64,000 nucleotides of DNA from Lama guanicoe. Lineage: Eukaryota. A model generated the notes under the pieces. It was not told where the DNA came from and ran no database searches. It saw only the letters and a program-made list of their open reading frames with translations. Made by a program: the position numbers and the translations under genes. The stretch is from positions 341,241 through 405,240 of the forward strand of contig MU053934.1 of the NCBI GenBank assembly GCA_013239625.1, read 5' to 3'. Of the stretch, positions 13,580 through 26,345 are shown in pieces; the stretch's first letter is position 1, and each line of letters starts with the position of its first letter.

Positions 13580-14092
13580 AGAGCTTGGGGAACCCCTGAG
13601 CCTGGGCCTTAGCACCAGTTCCACTTCTAATAAGCTGTGTGACCACAGACAAGTCATTTAACCTCCATGAGCCTCAGTTAGCTCATCTGCAAAGTGGGGG
13701 AGTAAAATACTCACTTCAAAGAAAAATGAGAAAAAAACAACTGCATGGAGACTAAACATGCTATTTAAAAAAAAGGGGGGTCAATGATGAAATCAAAGAG
13801 GAAACTAAAAAATACATTGAAACAAATCACAATGAAAACACAACCACACAAACTCTATGGGATGCAGCAAAAGCAGTCCTAAGAGGGATGTTCATAGCAA
13901 TACTGGCCTTCCTCAAAAAAAACAAGAACAAATCAAACAAACAATCTAACTACCACCTAAAAGAATTAGAAAAAGAAGAACAACCAAAACCTAAAGTTAG
14001 CAATAGGAAAGAAATAACAAAGATCAGGGAGGAAATAAATAAAACAGAGATTAAAATATTCACTTCACAATATTGCTGGAAGGACTGAAAAA
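13580..14092 (+). mobile_element. MIR SINE split by an L1 insertion (MIR parts 13580-13718 and 14053-14092)
   Basis: agctgtgtgaccacagacaagtcatttaacctccatgagcctcagttagctcatctgcaaagtggggg...; the MIR resumes after the insert as cacaatattgctggaaggactgaaa. Confidence 0.75.
13719..14052 (+). mobile_element. Internal L1 ORF2 fragment (region just after the endonuclease domain), no 3' UTR or poly(A), flanked by a TSD
   Basis: Translates ...NDEIKEETKKYIETNHNENTTTQTLWDAAKAVLRGMFIAILAFLKK...HLKELEKEEQPKPKVSNRKEITKIREEINKTE, a clear L1 ORF2p match. Flanks taaaatactcacttca (13703-13718) and taaaatattcacttca (14052-14067). Confidence 0.92.
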
Positions 14093-15264
14093 GCATCCTG
14101 TCCCTATAAAGCCCACTTTCCTTCTCCTAATGGATGGGATCCAGGCTCAGATGATTCAGGATTTGGAGTCTCATAAAGGCAAGAAGTTATGGTACCTCTG
14201 ACAGTAAAAGTACAGGGGAAGTAGGGAATGGAGATAGTTTTGTCCGGGGAAATAAATCACCCATCACTTTTTCTTATATTTCTATATAAAAGATTAATAA
14301 ATCACAAACTGGGGTCTACTGGAAAACTTGAAGCCTCCTCTGGTGGCTGTCCAAATTAGACAGCACATCCTCGGTTATGGGAGGAGGAACAGTGGGTGGG
14401 AGTGGTCACCCATATCACAGACTGGGGCAGTCTCCTGGTGCAAATCCACACTGCTACTGATCTCACTCCCACCCTACCATAAACTTCAATCCAACTGGGG
14501 ACATTATGTCTTGGGGTCATCGGAGAGAAGACCCTCCTTGGAGGCAAGCTGCAGAAACCTAGAGGGCCCCACACCAACTGACCCCAGACTATCCTATAGA
14601 GACAACGCCACCTAGCAGAGCAATATCCTAGCATGTTCATCACCATTAAACATGCCGAAGGGTTCATGTGACTAAGACAATAGTAAGAATGAAAGTTAGG
14701 TTTGTTTTAATGGACAGATGAGTATCCCTGCAATGGCTGGTAATAAATAATTCTAAGCAGCACGTTCTAAGATTTAATTAGCAAAACTGAAATTGTGTTC
14801 CAGAATACCACCTCATGCACTTACATCCAGATGGCATAAGCAACCCCAGGTTTTCAGGGTTTCTGTGTAAAGTGGGGGGTGGGGGATGCTCTCAAGGGGA
14901 AAATCACCTTCCTGAAGCTGCTAGTTCCTCGGGGGAATGGACCCCAAGGGGAGTTTCTCTGAAGAGCTGCAAGTGATTCTAGGGTTCATCGGAGGCTGGG
15001 TGGTTCACAGAAAAGTTTTTCAGGAATTCTGGCCAGAACAGTGACATGAGGATGGAGGCAGAGGGTTGGACAACAGACACATCTCCAAAGGTGTGTGCTT
15101 AAAACACGGAGCATCAAAGAGAGTGCCATCTTAGGGGTGATGCTAGTTTCTGACCTTTGACAGGCAAGGGAAGGCCAGAAAAGAGTCTGGTCTTGTCAGG
15201 AAATGATGCTCATTTCTTCTTGAAGGTATTGATTTCCAGGGTGCATTGGGATGCCCCTGATGAT

Positions 15265-15395
15265 AACAATAGAAAATGCTATTAGCATTTGCTGGGTGTT
15301 CACTGGGTATCAGGCACTGTTATAAGAGCTTTCTATGTGCTATCTTTCTTAAATCCCTTCCAACTAGTTGAAAGGTCAGATAGCATTATCCCAGT
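15265..15395 (-). mobile_element. MIR fragment
   Basis: tagcatttgctgggtgttcactgggtatcaggcactgttataagagcttt...cattatcccag. Confidence 0.55.
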
Positions 15396-16049
15396 ACCTA
15401 AAGTTTGGGGGGTGGGGACCAAGTCCTTTCCCTTACCTCAAATTTCAGTGACCCAGGCCTAGATACTCTATTCTGAAATTCTGCAAGTATTACTTTTTTC
15501 TTCACCCTTCCCACAGCCCCTGGCCCACTGAGGTGTATTCTCACTTCTCCAAGTTAGTTACTACAAGCCCCTGCCACCACCCGGCCAAGTCTATATTCAC
15601 CAAGGAGCAGTTGTTCAAGGCAATCAGGCACAAAGGCTGTGGAGTTGGGGAGTCCTGGCTTTGAAGTCAGGACCTTAATTTCCTCATCTGTAAAATGGGG
15701 GCAACAGTAGCATATCCGGCTCCCTTCCTAGAGGGGTGTGCTCTAGGTGATCTGTAAACTTTCCTCATCATCCTGGAAATATTTATTGTTCAAAATACGT
15801 TTCTAACCACAATCAACATTTTCCTGGTGGATGACAAATCATCTTGACCCATTTTTAAAAATTAAATAAAAAGAAACCATCCTGGCTGCAGCACATTTGG
15901 AAAGTCCTATCTGCCTTTCATGTTGTTTCTGAGTGGTCGTCTTGGCAACCAACCTGTACGTTCAGAACATAATTGTTGAGGAAGGGAGGGCAGGGAGCTC
16001 GAGTGGGGTCGGGACTCGGGGTGATGTCACGGAGGAGGATCGTGAACCT

Positions 16050-16440
16050 GATATAAGCTTGGAAGTCCAGACTCCCAACTCCACCACCTCTATCCTGGTG
16101 AGGTCATCTTCCTAACCCCGTAAAATAGAGAAAATAAAACAAAATGCATACCATGAGATTTGCAAAAGCATTAAATGAGGCAAGAGAACTAAGGCGCCTG
16201 GTTCAGTGTTGTAAGTGCTCCATATTAGCTTTCAATCTGGTGAATAGCACACACTCTGAAGTCTGACCACCTAGGTTTGAACCCTGGTTCCATCCATCAC
16301 TCACTAGCTGGGTCACTTTGGGTACGTAATTAAACCTCAATGTATCTCTGTCTTTTCATCTGTAAAATGAGCACACTCAGCATATACGCGATAGGACTGT
16401 GAAAATTCAGTGCTGTATCAAAGTATTGGCTGTTATTTTA
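16050..16440 (+). mobile_element. Two adjacent MIR copies
   Basis: ttggaagtccagactccc...gtaaaatagagaaa...gcattaaatgagg; and ctctgaagtctgaccacctaggtttgaaccctggttcc...ctgggtcactttgggt...catctgtaaaatgag. Confidence 0.65.
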
Positions 16441-16589
16441 AACTGTTAATAAATGTTATCACCAATGATATTTGGAACCAAGATCAAAACTAAAAGATGA
16501 GATTCTTATCTGCTAGATAAAGTCATCTGCATTTGTATTTATCCTTGCCAGCAAAAAAAAAAAATACTCCAGTTTAACTCACTTGTAAT

Positions 16590-17660
16590 CATTTAAGTCG
16601 GCATTTATGGAACACTTAATCTGGGTCAGGTACCGAGGATGGGCTGGGGACCAGCATCCATGATGAATAAAACATGGCCAGTGCTCGAGGAGTCCATGGT
16701 CTAGTGGATATTCATCAGCCACTGCTGTGTAACAAGTTACTTTAAAAGACAGCAGCTTAAAACAGCAATAATTATTTATTATCTTGCACAGTTACTGTGT
16801 TTGGAATTTGGGGGCACATTTGCCGGGTGGCTCTTGCTCAGGATTTCTCATGAGGCTGTAGTCAAGACATTGGTGGAGCCTGCAGACATCTGAATGCCTG
16901 GGATCGGCCTGGCTCCCTCACACATGCCTGGGAGTTGATGCCAGCTGTTAGCAGGAAGCCTCAGCTCTTCCCCACACAGGATCACCCCATAGGGCAGTTC
17001 GGATGCCGTGACAACATGGCGGCTGGCTTCTCCCAGAGTCAGTGATCCCAGAGAGAACAAGAAAGCTAGGACATCTCTTATGACTCGGCCTCCAAAGGTA
17101 CACGGTATCATTTCTGCAACGTCTTACTCGATTCTACAGGTCAGTCCTGTGCATCACGGGAAGGGACTAGACAAGGGTGTGAGTTTCAGCAGACGGGGTC
17201 ATGGGGGGCCGTCTTGGAAACCAGCTACCACGTCTGTAATACGAACCATCTGTAAGAACCGGATTGTGATAAACTCCAGGTATGTGTATGGCATCGATCT
17301 AGGAAAAGCATAGTCAAAGGGGGGTGCTTGGACGGGAGAGGGAATAATCACTTAGAGATGTCCCAAAAGGATGAGCCTTAAATTGGATCTTGAAAGTTGA
17401 GCTTCTCAAATATTGGGAGGAAGGCAGGAGGGGAGGGGTATCTGCATCAGTGAAGGCACAGAGATATAAGTAAAGATCATGTGTGTGTGGGCACATGTAA
17501 AACAACTACAGTGTGACAGACCTCGGTAACGCTGGAAGCTGTCAGTGATGGAAGAGGCTCTGGGCAGGCAGGAAAGGGTCAGACGTCGGGGACTGCTGTA
17601 TGTGCACTCAGGAACTCTGGGCAGTGACCCAGACACGGTGGGAGGAAACAAACAGGTCCT
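16590..17660 (-). mobile_element. LINE L2 fragment interrupted by an MLT1F-like LTR
   Basis: gcatttatggaacactta...atgaataaaacatgg...gctcgaggagtccatggtctagtgg on the left; ttaaattggatcttgaaag...gtgaaggcacagag...gggaggaaacaaacagg on the right. Confidence 0.55.
16709..17231 (-). mobile_element. MaLR solo LTR, MLT1F-like
   Basis: ctgctgtgtaacaa...gcttaaaacagcaa...ttctcatgaggctgtagtcaag...acaacatggcggctggcttctcccagag...gggggccgtcttggaaaccagctaccac. Confidence 0.8.
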
Positions 17661-17754
17661 CACTAGCGAAGACACATCATCTCAACTGTATCTTGGGGAT
17701 ATACTCTAGCAACCCAGGGAAGAAAAAGATGAACAGAATTGCAGCTGATGGGAT

Positions 17755-17890
17755 CAAAACCTTGGAGGATGCCTATGGAAAATGCAGATTCCCAGGCTTG
17801 GGGTAGGGCCCAGAAATCTGTCTTGTTAACCAGAGCCCCCTGGGAGCCTAAAGCAGGTGTCCCCGGATTACACGCTTAGACACACTAATT
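17755..17890. mobile_element. MER5-family (hAT-Charlie) fragment
   Basis: aaaatgcagattcccaggc...ggggtagggcccagaaatctgtcttgttaacc. Confidence 0.65.
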
Positions 17891-20800
17891 TAGGAGATAC
17901 AGCAAACACCGGATTTTCCAAGATCTTGTTGGCTGCATCATTTACGCTGGGCCACCAACCAGCTGACTGTTCAAACACGAGATACAGGATAGCCCTGAAC
18001 TTCAGCGTCCCACCTGAACTTGACAGGGCTGGAGGTCCAGGGAGAGGGGACCTTTCTCAGAGGTTAATAAAACAAAGTGCTCATGGAAGAGCAAGAGTTC
18101 TTCAGATGACCTGATGCCTCACGGGCGGTTTGACAGTGAAGCCATGATGAGTTCCTGGCTGTTCTTCGTTCTAAAGTCAGAAATCCCGTTTCAGGACAAG
18201 CAGCTCTAGGTCAGCTCCTGTGAAATTCTAAGTAACCAATACCAACTGGAGAGCTAAGTCACACATTTCACGTCTTCCCACAATGGAAACTTGGAGGGAG
18301 AGTGTGTAAGAACCCCTAAGCTGGTCTTTACAGGTGACAGTGTTCCCACCTGGACGTCCACAAATATTTATTCAGAACATACAACCCCAGCCAAAAAATG
18401 AGCTCTCTGGCTTTCCCCTGAAACGCTCATTATTCAGAAATCTACTGAGCAACCATCTTCCACAAACATAATTAACTCTGGAATGAAGAGAGAGGCACAG
18501 TGAACCAAGAGGAACGTGATTGTGGATCTATAAACTCTTTCCTCCTCGTATCAGTGGCCACAAAACCCCGTCCTCCCCCACGCCTGGCAAGAAGCCTTCT
18601 CCATTTAGCTCTGTGATGCTTCGGGGGATGGCCCAAACCTCTCTCAGGACTTTATGTTAGGAAATGGAGCATTTCAAAGCACTGGGAGTTCTGATTTGTG
18701 AACTGGACTGTTACAGTGGTTTAATTTCCTGAAATATTGCTGCCTTCTTAACTAATAGATTTTTCAATGCGCTGAGGAGGAAATTGCATTAGCTCCTGCG
18801 TAGCCTGGACTTAATATTTTCAGAAGCTGCAATTCTTATTGCAGCCCACAATGTGTATTTATGTGTGTCTCCTTAGCACGGGGTCTGACACACAGAGCCA
18901 CTTGGCGAAGAGTTTTGAAAAAGTAAAAACAGTACATGTAAACCAGCAATGCTTACTGAGAACCATCCCTTGTGATGGGAATACACTGGTGAACGGCTTT
19001 ATTCACTCATTCATTCAAACACCAGCATGAATGCTTTGAGGGGATCACAGCACAGTCTGGGGAGACATGAAAACTTCAGAAGCATTATTACAGCACTCAC
19101 GTTGGTGGTTTGTCCTGATGGGGGTTGGAGGAGGTAGGCTGATGGAATGGGAAGACATCCAGGTGGCTTTGGTGATCCTGTTCTAGCTCTAAGTTAGATG
19201 GTGTGGTGTTTGACTGGTGCAGGTCACAATCTGTTTATCTGCAGTCTTCAAATGTGTGTATGTGCCTGTGTTTACAGAAAGACATCACAGTGACCAAGGA
19301 GTAAGAATGTGACCTGGAGAGAACCCAGGACTTGGAATTAAGGGGACCCAGCTTAACCAGCTAAAAGTCACATGTACCTGCAAACCCCCCTCCACACACA
19401 CTCAGCTCCTGCTAAGAATGGAGACAATCATTTTGCTAGTAAATGCAATGGAAAAAAACCCTGTTGTTTCTTCATCATGAATTTAGTCTTCAGCATTCAT
19501 TCTTCAAAATGCAAAAGTTCTGCTTTCTGCAAGAAAGCAAAAATTGCTTCTTGTAGGGCAAAAAATCTTGGATATTACTATGATTTGTTACTAAAATCTA
19601 ATGGGGTCGTAGTTAGGAAAAACATATCTAAAAAGGCTCCTGGGGTGATGGCGATACTAAACTTTTCAAAAGGTTGATAAGTTTTGCTCTACAGGGTTAT
19701 ACGACACCGAATTAGCCACAAACAGAGAAATGTGCGAAAGCACACAAATAAACCAAAAACCTGAATCCAGACATTTGCATCTGCTGAGTCGAGCAGTTCT
19801 TCCTGCCTTCCTGAGTTTAATCAGGAGGCAGTTTAATCACAAAACATGACAGTGGTCTGTTCTCAAGTTCATCTGGAGGGAGATCCAGGGAGCGCTTTGT
19901 CCATCCTCTCCCCCTCACCCCCTCCATCGCGCCTTCTCCACTGCCACCACCTCCTTTGCAGGGGATCATCTAAGGGGCAGCCTCGGAGCCTGCAATTAAT
20001 GAGGTACCACGCTGCTCTGCATTAATGAGGCGCTTTTTACTTTCAGAGGGCTTTGTAATCCTTTGGAGGCAAAGCCTTTGCTGGTGACACTCTCTGGTCC
20101 CAGCTTCAGAGATCCACGCTGCAGGTCAACTTCACTCTAAACGCCTGGGAGGCAACTCCAAGCAGGTAAAGAGGGTTAAGGAGGATGAACCACAGGTGCC
20201 ACTTAATTAATTTCTGGTTGTTTTAAAAGCTGTTTTCTTTCACAAAACACGGAAGGCAAAACTTCCCAGGTGCAGTGAAAAGATGCAAAGGAAAACCTTG
20301 CCAATGACAGTCAGAACTTCCGGCTCACAGCCAAGACGACCCTCTTCACCCGTCGCCCCTGAAAAGATGGTGCCTCTACTCAACTCTTGTAATGCATCCA
20401 GGAAACATTAAATAAAGGTCTGAGTGTAACTTCAAATATTTTAATCTTGTCCTTGAAGCCTGTTTCAGATGACTTAGACTGTAGTTACGTTGGCATTCAC
20501 CCCCGTAACAGGTCCTTACTATTTATAAGGGTTGTCAAGCAAACCAGGTGTTGAGGGTAGCTGCCTACTTGTCTAGATTTAGAATTTATCACACATGAGA
20601 AGGCAGAAGGGAAAAGAATGTCACACTTAAGACAGTGCTATATAGATGGTGGCATGTGGTACAAAATAATCCCATTTAAGCCTTTATTTCCACTTGGGCA
20701 TTTGGCTACTGATCAAAGGAAATTCTAATGCTTTAAATCCTCCTCCTTCAAAATACACCTAATTCTGAAAATGATTTCTTTATCTAAATATTCCTTGTGT

Positions 20801-21470
20801 GTGCCAACATTATACTAAATGTTAAGGAAAAATAAAACAAAATAAAACAAATGTGGAATGTTTCTATTTCTTAGATCACCATTAAAAGGAAGAGTATTAT
20901 TGTATTTATGATAATTATAATAATATCACATTTGTTAACTGTTTACTGTGTAACAGACACTATAAGCAATTTACAAATATTATCTTTTAAATCATACAAT
21001 AATCTGAATAAAGTAGACATCACGGAAATCATACAATGTTCAAGAACTGCAGGCGCTGGGACTGAAAATCTGATTCGCCTCGATCCAAAAATCTCAGTCT
21101 TTTTGGAAACTGACTTGAGTACGATACTGAAATGATCATTAGGAGGTGAAAACTATATAGAAGGTCTTACTAGAATTCTTGGGGTGGAGACACTAATTGC
21201 ACCTGGAAGTAGGAGATAAAATTAGAAAAGGTGAAGGTGACTGCTGTCCCGGGCCCAGATCTCCAGCACAAAGGAACACGCCCACACAGTGACAGCAGAC
21301 GCAACCAATGAAGAGTCCTGGACCTTCTCAGCCCAAGTGTTTCCCCAACACCTGCAGGATCGCACGCGGCCAGCAGCATTCTACAAAGAAAACTCTTAAC
21401 AACACCCAAATAAAAAAGCAGAAAGAGAAGCTTGAAAAATAAGCCTAGATCCTGAAAGACTGTACAAGGA

Positions 21471-21530
21471 TTTTTTTAATTGAAGTATATAGTCAGTTAC
21501 AATGTGTCAATTTCTGGTGCACAGTATAAT
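21471..21530 (-). mobile_element. Very short (~60 bp) L1 3' terminal fragment, same family as 3583-3821
   Basis: Reverse complement attatactgtgcaccagaaattgacacattgtaactgactatatacttcaattaaaaaaa aligns to 3725-3787. Confidence 0.85.
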
Positions 21531-21679
21531 ATCTTTTTAATGTCTACTCTTTAGCACCTCAAGAGGGTGCCAGAGAAAATCTCACCTGGCCTTCTATGTG
21601 AGCAATGCCATCTATCAAGGGTCCAGAACCAAGGCCAATGGAGGCTGGGTACTACTCTCCAGAACACAGGTGGAGACCC

Positions 21680-21830
21680 GTGGGAGCCATGGTCCAGATT
21701 AGAATCACCTGGGCCCACTCCCGGGTCTGCCCCAGAAAAACTAATTCGGGGTATCTAGTGGTGGGGCCAGGCATCGCTGCTCGTTTTGGCTTGATTAAGG
21801 CCACACACCTAGTGATGCTGATACACACTC
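21680..21830. mobile_element. MER5A-like fragment
   Basis: attagaatcacctggg...tctagtggtggggccaggcatc...ctagtgatgctgat. Confidence 0.55.
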
Positions 21831-22854
21831 CAGGAGGGGAGGCCCAGGCATTGCTTTCCAGGTGTTGTTTTGTGTTTCTAAAACCATCAAGCAATCCCTT
21901 TGTGCAATCAAGCCTGAGGGCCCCAACAATGAGGCAATGCACCAAGCCATCAGTGCTAACTCCAGGCTGGGAACAGCACCACCCAGCTCTGTCCCTTGAG
22001 TTCGTTTTTGCTATTTGCAAGGATATCGTCAAGTTCCTATCTATAGACGTTTTTTTGTGTTTAATTCTCTGGTGTGGGAATACTTAAGCGTTCCTGACCT
22101 GGACGCCACCTGGAATAATGAAACGAGCCCTGGACTCAGAGTCTAAACACACCAGTTGGAGTTGGGTCGGTCCCCTGCTGTCTCAGACTTGGCACCTGAA
22201 AGATGGAGCCAAAGCCATCCACAGTTGTTTGGGAAGGCTGAAACGTGGGATGATGGATGTGGAAGCAGCCAGCAGAGTGCCTAACCGCATCCACACTCAC
22301 GAGCGGCTGGTTGATGCGGCATCTGGAATGAGGAATATTTCACGACTTGACAAGCAGAATAAAGGTCTGCTCACAGTGAGGGAGCTCAGAACGCTAGTGC
22401 CTTCCCACAGCTGCCACCCACCGTGATCTCCTCTCGCCTCTTCATAACGGCTGGTTTTGGGGGGTAGGGCTTATGTATTATGTATACATAATGTAAAGGC
22501 AAGAAGCACACTCTGGGACACAATGTACGTTAGGTAATAACACCATGTTGATAATAATAGGGGATGAGAAAGGGGAGTTGCCGCAGCGCCATTATCCCCG
22601 CGAATAAGATGTTGATCATCACTTGCTATTTCCTCTTCAAACACACTATTTAGCCAGGAGTGAGCAGACTTAAAACCCACTGGGGTTCTTGCATTCAGCC
22701 TGGCTGAGTGGTTAAATCCAATGAAAACATCCTAGTTGGAGAAGTTTTCAGCCAAGGGAGTGGGATATATAAAAGGCTATTTAGCAGGTCAGTTTGGAAA
22801 GACGTCCATCTTTCAAAACCGCTAATAGGGATGGTGAAGACAGCATGAATCAGG

Positions 22855-23050
22855 GATGCAGGGCATTTTCTAGTTCACAAGGCAGTTTCACATCTCTTAT
22901 TTCATTTGATTCTCAAAATCATTCTGTGAATCAAGCAAGCAAGGAATCCATATCTCCACTTTACATACAGGGAACGAACACTTCAAAACGTTGTTCCAAG
23001 CTAGTGAATGGTGGGGGGGTTGAAATCCACCTCTTGGGACCTTCAGGAAA
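22855..23050 (-). mobile_element. MIR fragment
   Basis: ttcacatctcttatttcatttgattctcaaaatcattctgtga...tccactttacatacagggaac. Confidence 0.6.
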
Positions 23051-23529
23051 ATCAGCTCCATGAAGCCCAGGGCCTTCTGCTGCCCCCAGGCAAGGCTCTG
23101 ACATGACGGCGGGAAGCAGGTGGAATTTACCCACTGTGCCTGTTGTTCTTACGCAAGGAGACTCACATTTTGATGCCTACGTGTACCCTTTGCCAAAGTC
23201 AAGTTGGTGACATGGTGCACCAAGGGGTGAGAGCTTGAAATGTATTCAAGTTTACCTCTGTTTACAAATAATTCTGGCCTGCTTTCCATGTTTCAATCAG
23301 GGAACAAAGAGGGTTGGACCCCTCAGCGGCCCACATGAGGTCAGAGAGTTATGACTGGATATTGCAATGGGGTCTCCAGGCAACGTGTCCGGTAAGGAAC
23401 AGCTGGATGGTACTTACGTTTCCTGTGACTGGAAATAAAAAAAGACATAAATCCATGCAGCTGGTCTCTGACTGAGTGGCTTGAATTTTCCATCCCACTG
23501 CCATCAAAAGCATCACAGGTCAGTCAGAG

Positions 23530-23710
23530 CTTGCCTCAAAAGGTGACTGGCAATGCTTGGAGACATTTTTGGCTGTCGCGACTAGAGGGGAAGGGTGGTA
23601 CTGGCGTCTGGAGTGAAGACATCACGGACGCTGTCACATGTCAGACAGGATGGGTCCCACGACAAGGAATTATCTAGCCCAGAACAGCAAACGTCCGTGT
23701 CTGGAAGTTT
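23530..23710 (+). mobile_element. MER20 (hAT-Charlie) fragment
   Basis: tggcaatgcttggagacatttttggctgtcgcgact...tactggcgtctggag...acaaggaattatctagcccag. Confidence 0.75.
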
Positions 23711-24780
23711 TAGTGAAGACTCAGAGAAATGTGTGCAGACGAACAGTAGGATCTTGATTTGATCCTGGGACAAGGGTACAAGTTTTGCCTCAGTTTTGAC
23801 CTACTGGAAAATCCTGCAATATCCATCCAGAATTAAGGAACTGCCTCCTAGGAATGAGGTAAGGGCATCAGGGTAAGTCCTCAAGCATCCTGACTTAAAG
23901 GAAGAAAAAGGACAACTCCGTAACTCCCACCGATAAGAAAGAGAATTAAATGGAGCTTATAAAGGAAAGAACACAAAGCTGAGACAAGCAAGACTGCCCA
24001 GCGGCTGATTCAAGCCAGGGTCTCTCTTGGCCGGCAGCAACCCGCTCTCCGAACGCACGGATGCCCCGCTCCCAGCAGGAGTGATTCCACTTCCCCACTA
24101 GACTCAGCACCTCCTCCGCCAACCAGATGAGCCTCATCCTGAACTCAGCCTCACACTGAACCAAGGACGCCGAGCCCCGGGTGCTGGGCGGCTGCTGCTG
24201 CTCAGCCATCTCCTGAACGCTCCCACCTGAGTTCAGGCGCCCCCATGTGGGAGCCCTAATGTGAACTTCACTAGGTCAAGAGCACGTTCATGCTTCCCCT
24301 ACACAAGAAGGGATGTGTGGATTCCTTCTGCTGGATCACAGCCTCAGGATGTACCTAGCTGTCGCCCACCTGGGGCTCACCTCTTGGCAGGACTCCTGGT
24401 GCACGTGGGCACCTGCTAATCCAGCACCGTGCGCTTTTGTCGGGGGAAGGGGCCATCACACCTAGGATGAGTGTTTCTGTCCTTTGGACAGCTCCTGTCA
24501 CAGACAGCATACTCCCGACCGACCGACTCTAAGAGGATGTCTAGATGACAGAACTTTTGCTTTTCCCACTAGCGCCTGCTCCTTCCTCAGTTTCCCCCGT
24601 CTTAGGTAACACCACCACGCACCCGCCAGCTTGTTCCAGAACTCCAGGAGTTGAACTTGATCGCTCTCTCCCTCGACGGCCATGTCCAGTGGGCCCAAAC
24701 CCTGTCAAGTCTGCTGGTAAAATCTGCCTGCCTTTCAAGGCAGTCGCCTGGACCGGACAAGGGCTGTCTACGGATGCACC

Positions 24781-24863
24781 TTTTAACCAAAATGCTTCTC
24801 TACCTCCTCTTTGGGAGCTGTCACTGTATAAAATGGTAAGTCTGGAGTAGATGAACCAATTCT
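24781..24863 (+). repeat. Diverged direct repeat, copy A (pairs with 27038-27121)
   Basis: Hand alignment gives ~67/84 identities to copy B. Confidence 0.9.
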
Positions 24864-26345
24864 AATCTTTCTAAAAAATTCTACTCTTTCTTGATTTGCT
24901 ACTCACCCACCAAGACACCCTGCCTCTATTGTCACTCAGTCTCTGGGGAACCTTAAGATCAGGGTCTTGGACTTAACCTGTTCATTTTAGTGACACCCCA
25001 CAGGGCAGAGCTGGTTTTCTGTTGCAAGTTGTCTAATAAATAAGAGAAACAGAACCTCGGGCAGGAATTCAACAATGCCTATCCCATCCAGCCCCCTCTT
25101 CTGCCCTCAAATGCACTGAATAGGTCAGGGAAATAGATTTTAAAGTGGACTCCGCGCACTGTAAAATCAAAGTTCAATTTTCCAAAGGGAAGGCCAGGGA
25201 GGCCACACTCATCTGCTACTACGCTTGCGTCCCTCCACCTCACTGAGTCCGTGGATAACTCGCTCCAGCATACCTTTTTCTCCCCCACATGAACATCCTT
25301 TATGGTAGAGTCACAATTTTTACCTTGGAAATGCCCCTAGTGCTTTTCAAACACTCTGCATATAGCAGACATTCAAACTGTTTCTAATTTGAAGATGGAC
25401 ACACTGACTATGTGGATAGTGAAAGCCATTTTCAGGACAGGCTATGGGCATCCGGAGTGGTCCTGGGGGATAGTTTTAGTGATCTGGTTTATGAGGTGCT
25501 TCAACTACCAAAAGGTGTAGCTTTCACAAGTGAAAAACAGAAGTTCCAGGAAGATAAAAGAAATGCGTTTCTTTCTTTTCCGACAGAAGAAGTGCAATGA
25601 TAAGGGCATTAAGTTTTACAGCAAAGCTCAGCAGATCATAAGTGGGCAAAGGAGTTCTGCCCGGGGAAAGTCTTTCTCCTCTTTAGACAACGAACGCCTA
25701 TTATTAATTCAGAGCAAGATAAAAAGCCCTGCACCTGTTCTTGATAACGACGTACTGACGGGGAACGCCCCCTCCCTTCCCCCTTCGCTTCTGGAGATGG
25801 CACGAGCCCTCAAGGCTCAGCTCCAAGTCCTGTCTCTCCTGGGCAGCCATTCCTGACTCTCCAGCTGAGAACTTATTGACACAGCACCGTTCCCTATTTC
25901 ATTAGTTTCCACTAAATTCTTGGGGAAGACATGATCTTTCCTGCATCTGATTTCTCCTGGAACAGTGTGCGTTCACCAAAGCCTCATCTGCTGATTGATC
26001 TGTACCCGGGTTCAGACGTGAGTTGTTTTCTCTTTATTAGGTAAGAATCCAGCTAGTTATTAATTAGACTTAGCATCCGGTTCTCCAAGCCAGCCAGCTG
26101 CCCTGTGCTAACTGAGAAAATGGAACTACTGGCAGCCCATCCACCTTGGTCTTAGAGGGGCTGGGAGCTTCCTCACGTACAGACCACATGCCTCGGGAAA
26201 TCCCAACAAAGTTATTCAAGCCAAACTCCAAACCAGTGAACTCAGAAGCCACGGATTAAAGAGAGAAAGTGAAGGGAGAGAAACACATCCGTGATTATCC
26301 CTGCTTCCTAAATACGCATCTTCTCAAGATAAATCCACGAAGGGT

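Noticed and set aside
18826..18845. Perfect 8-bp stem hairpin gctgcaat-tctt-attgcagc
   Set aside because: Several 8-bp short-loop stems are expected by chance in 64 kb; too short for a pre-miRNA.
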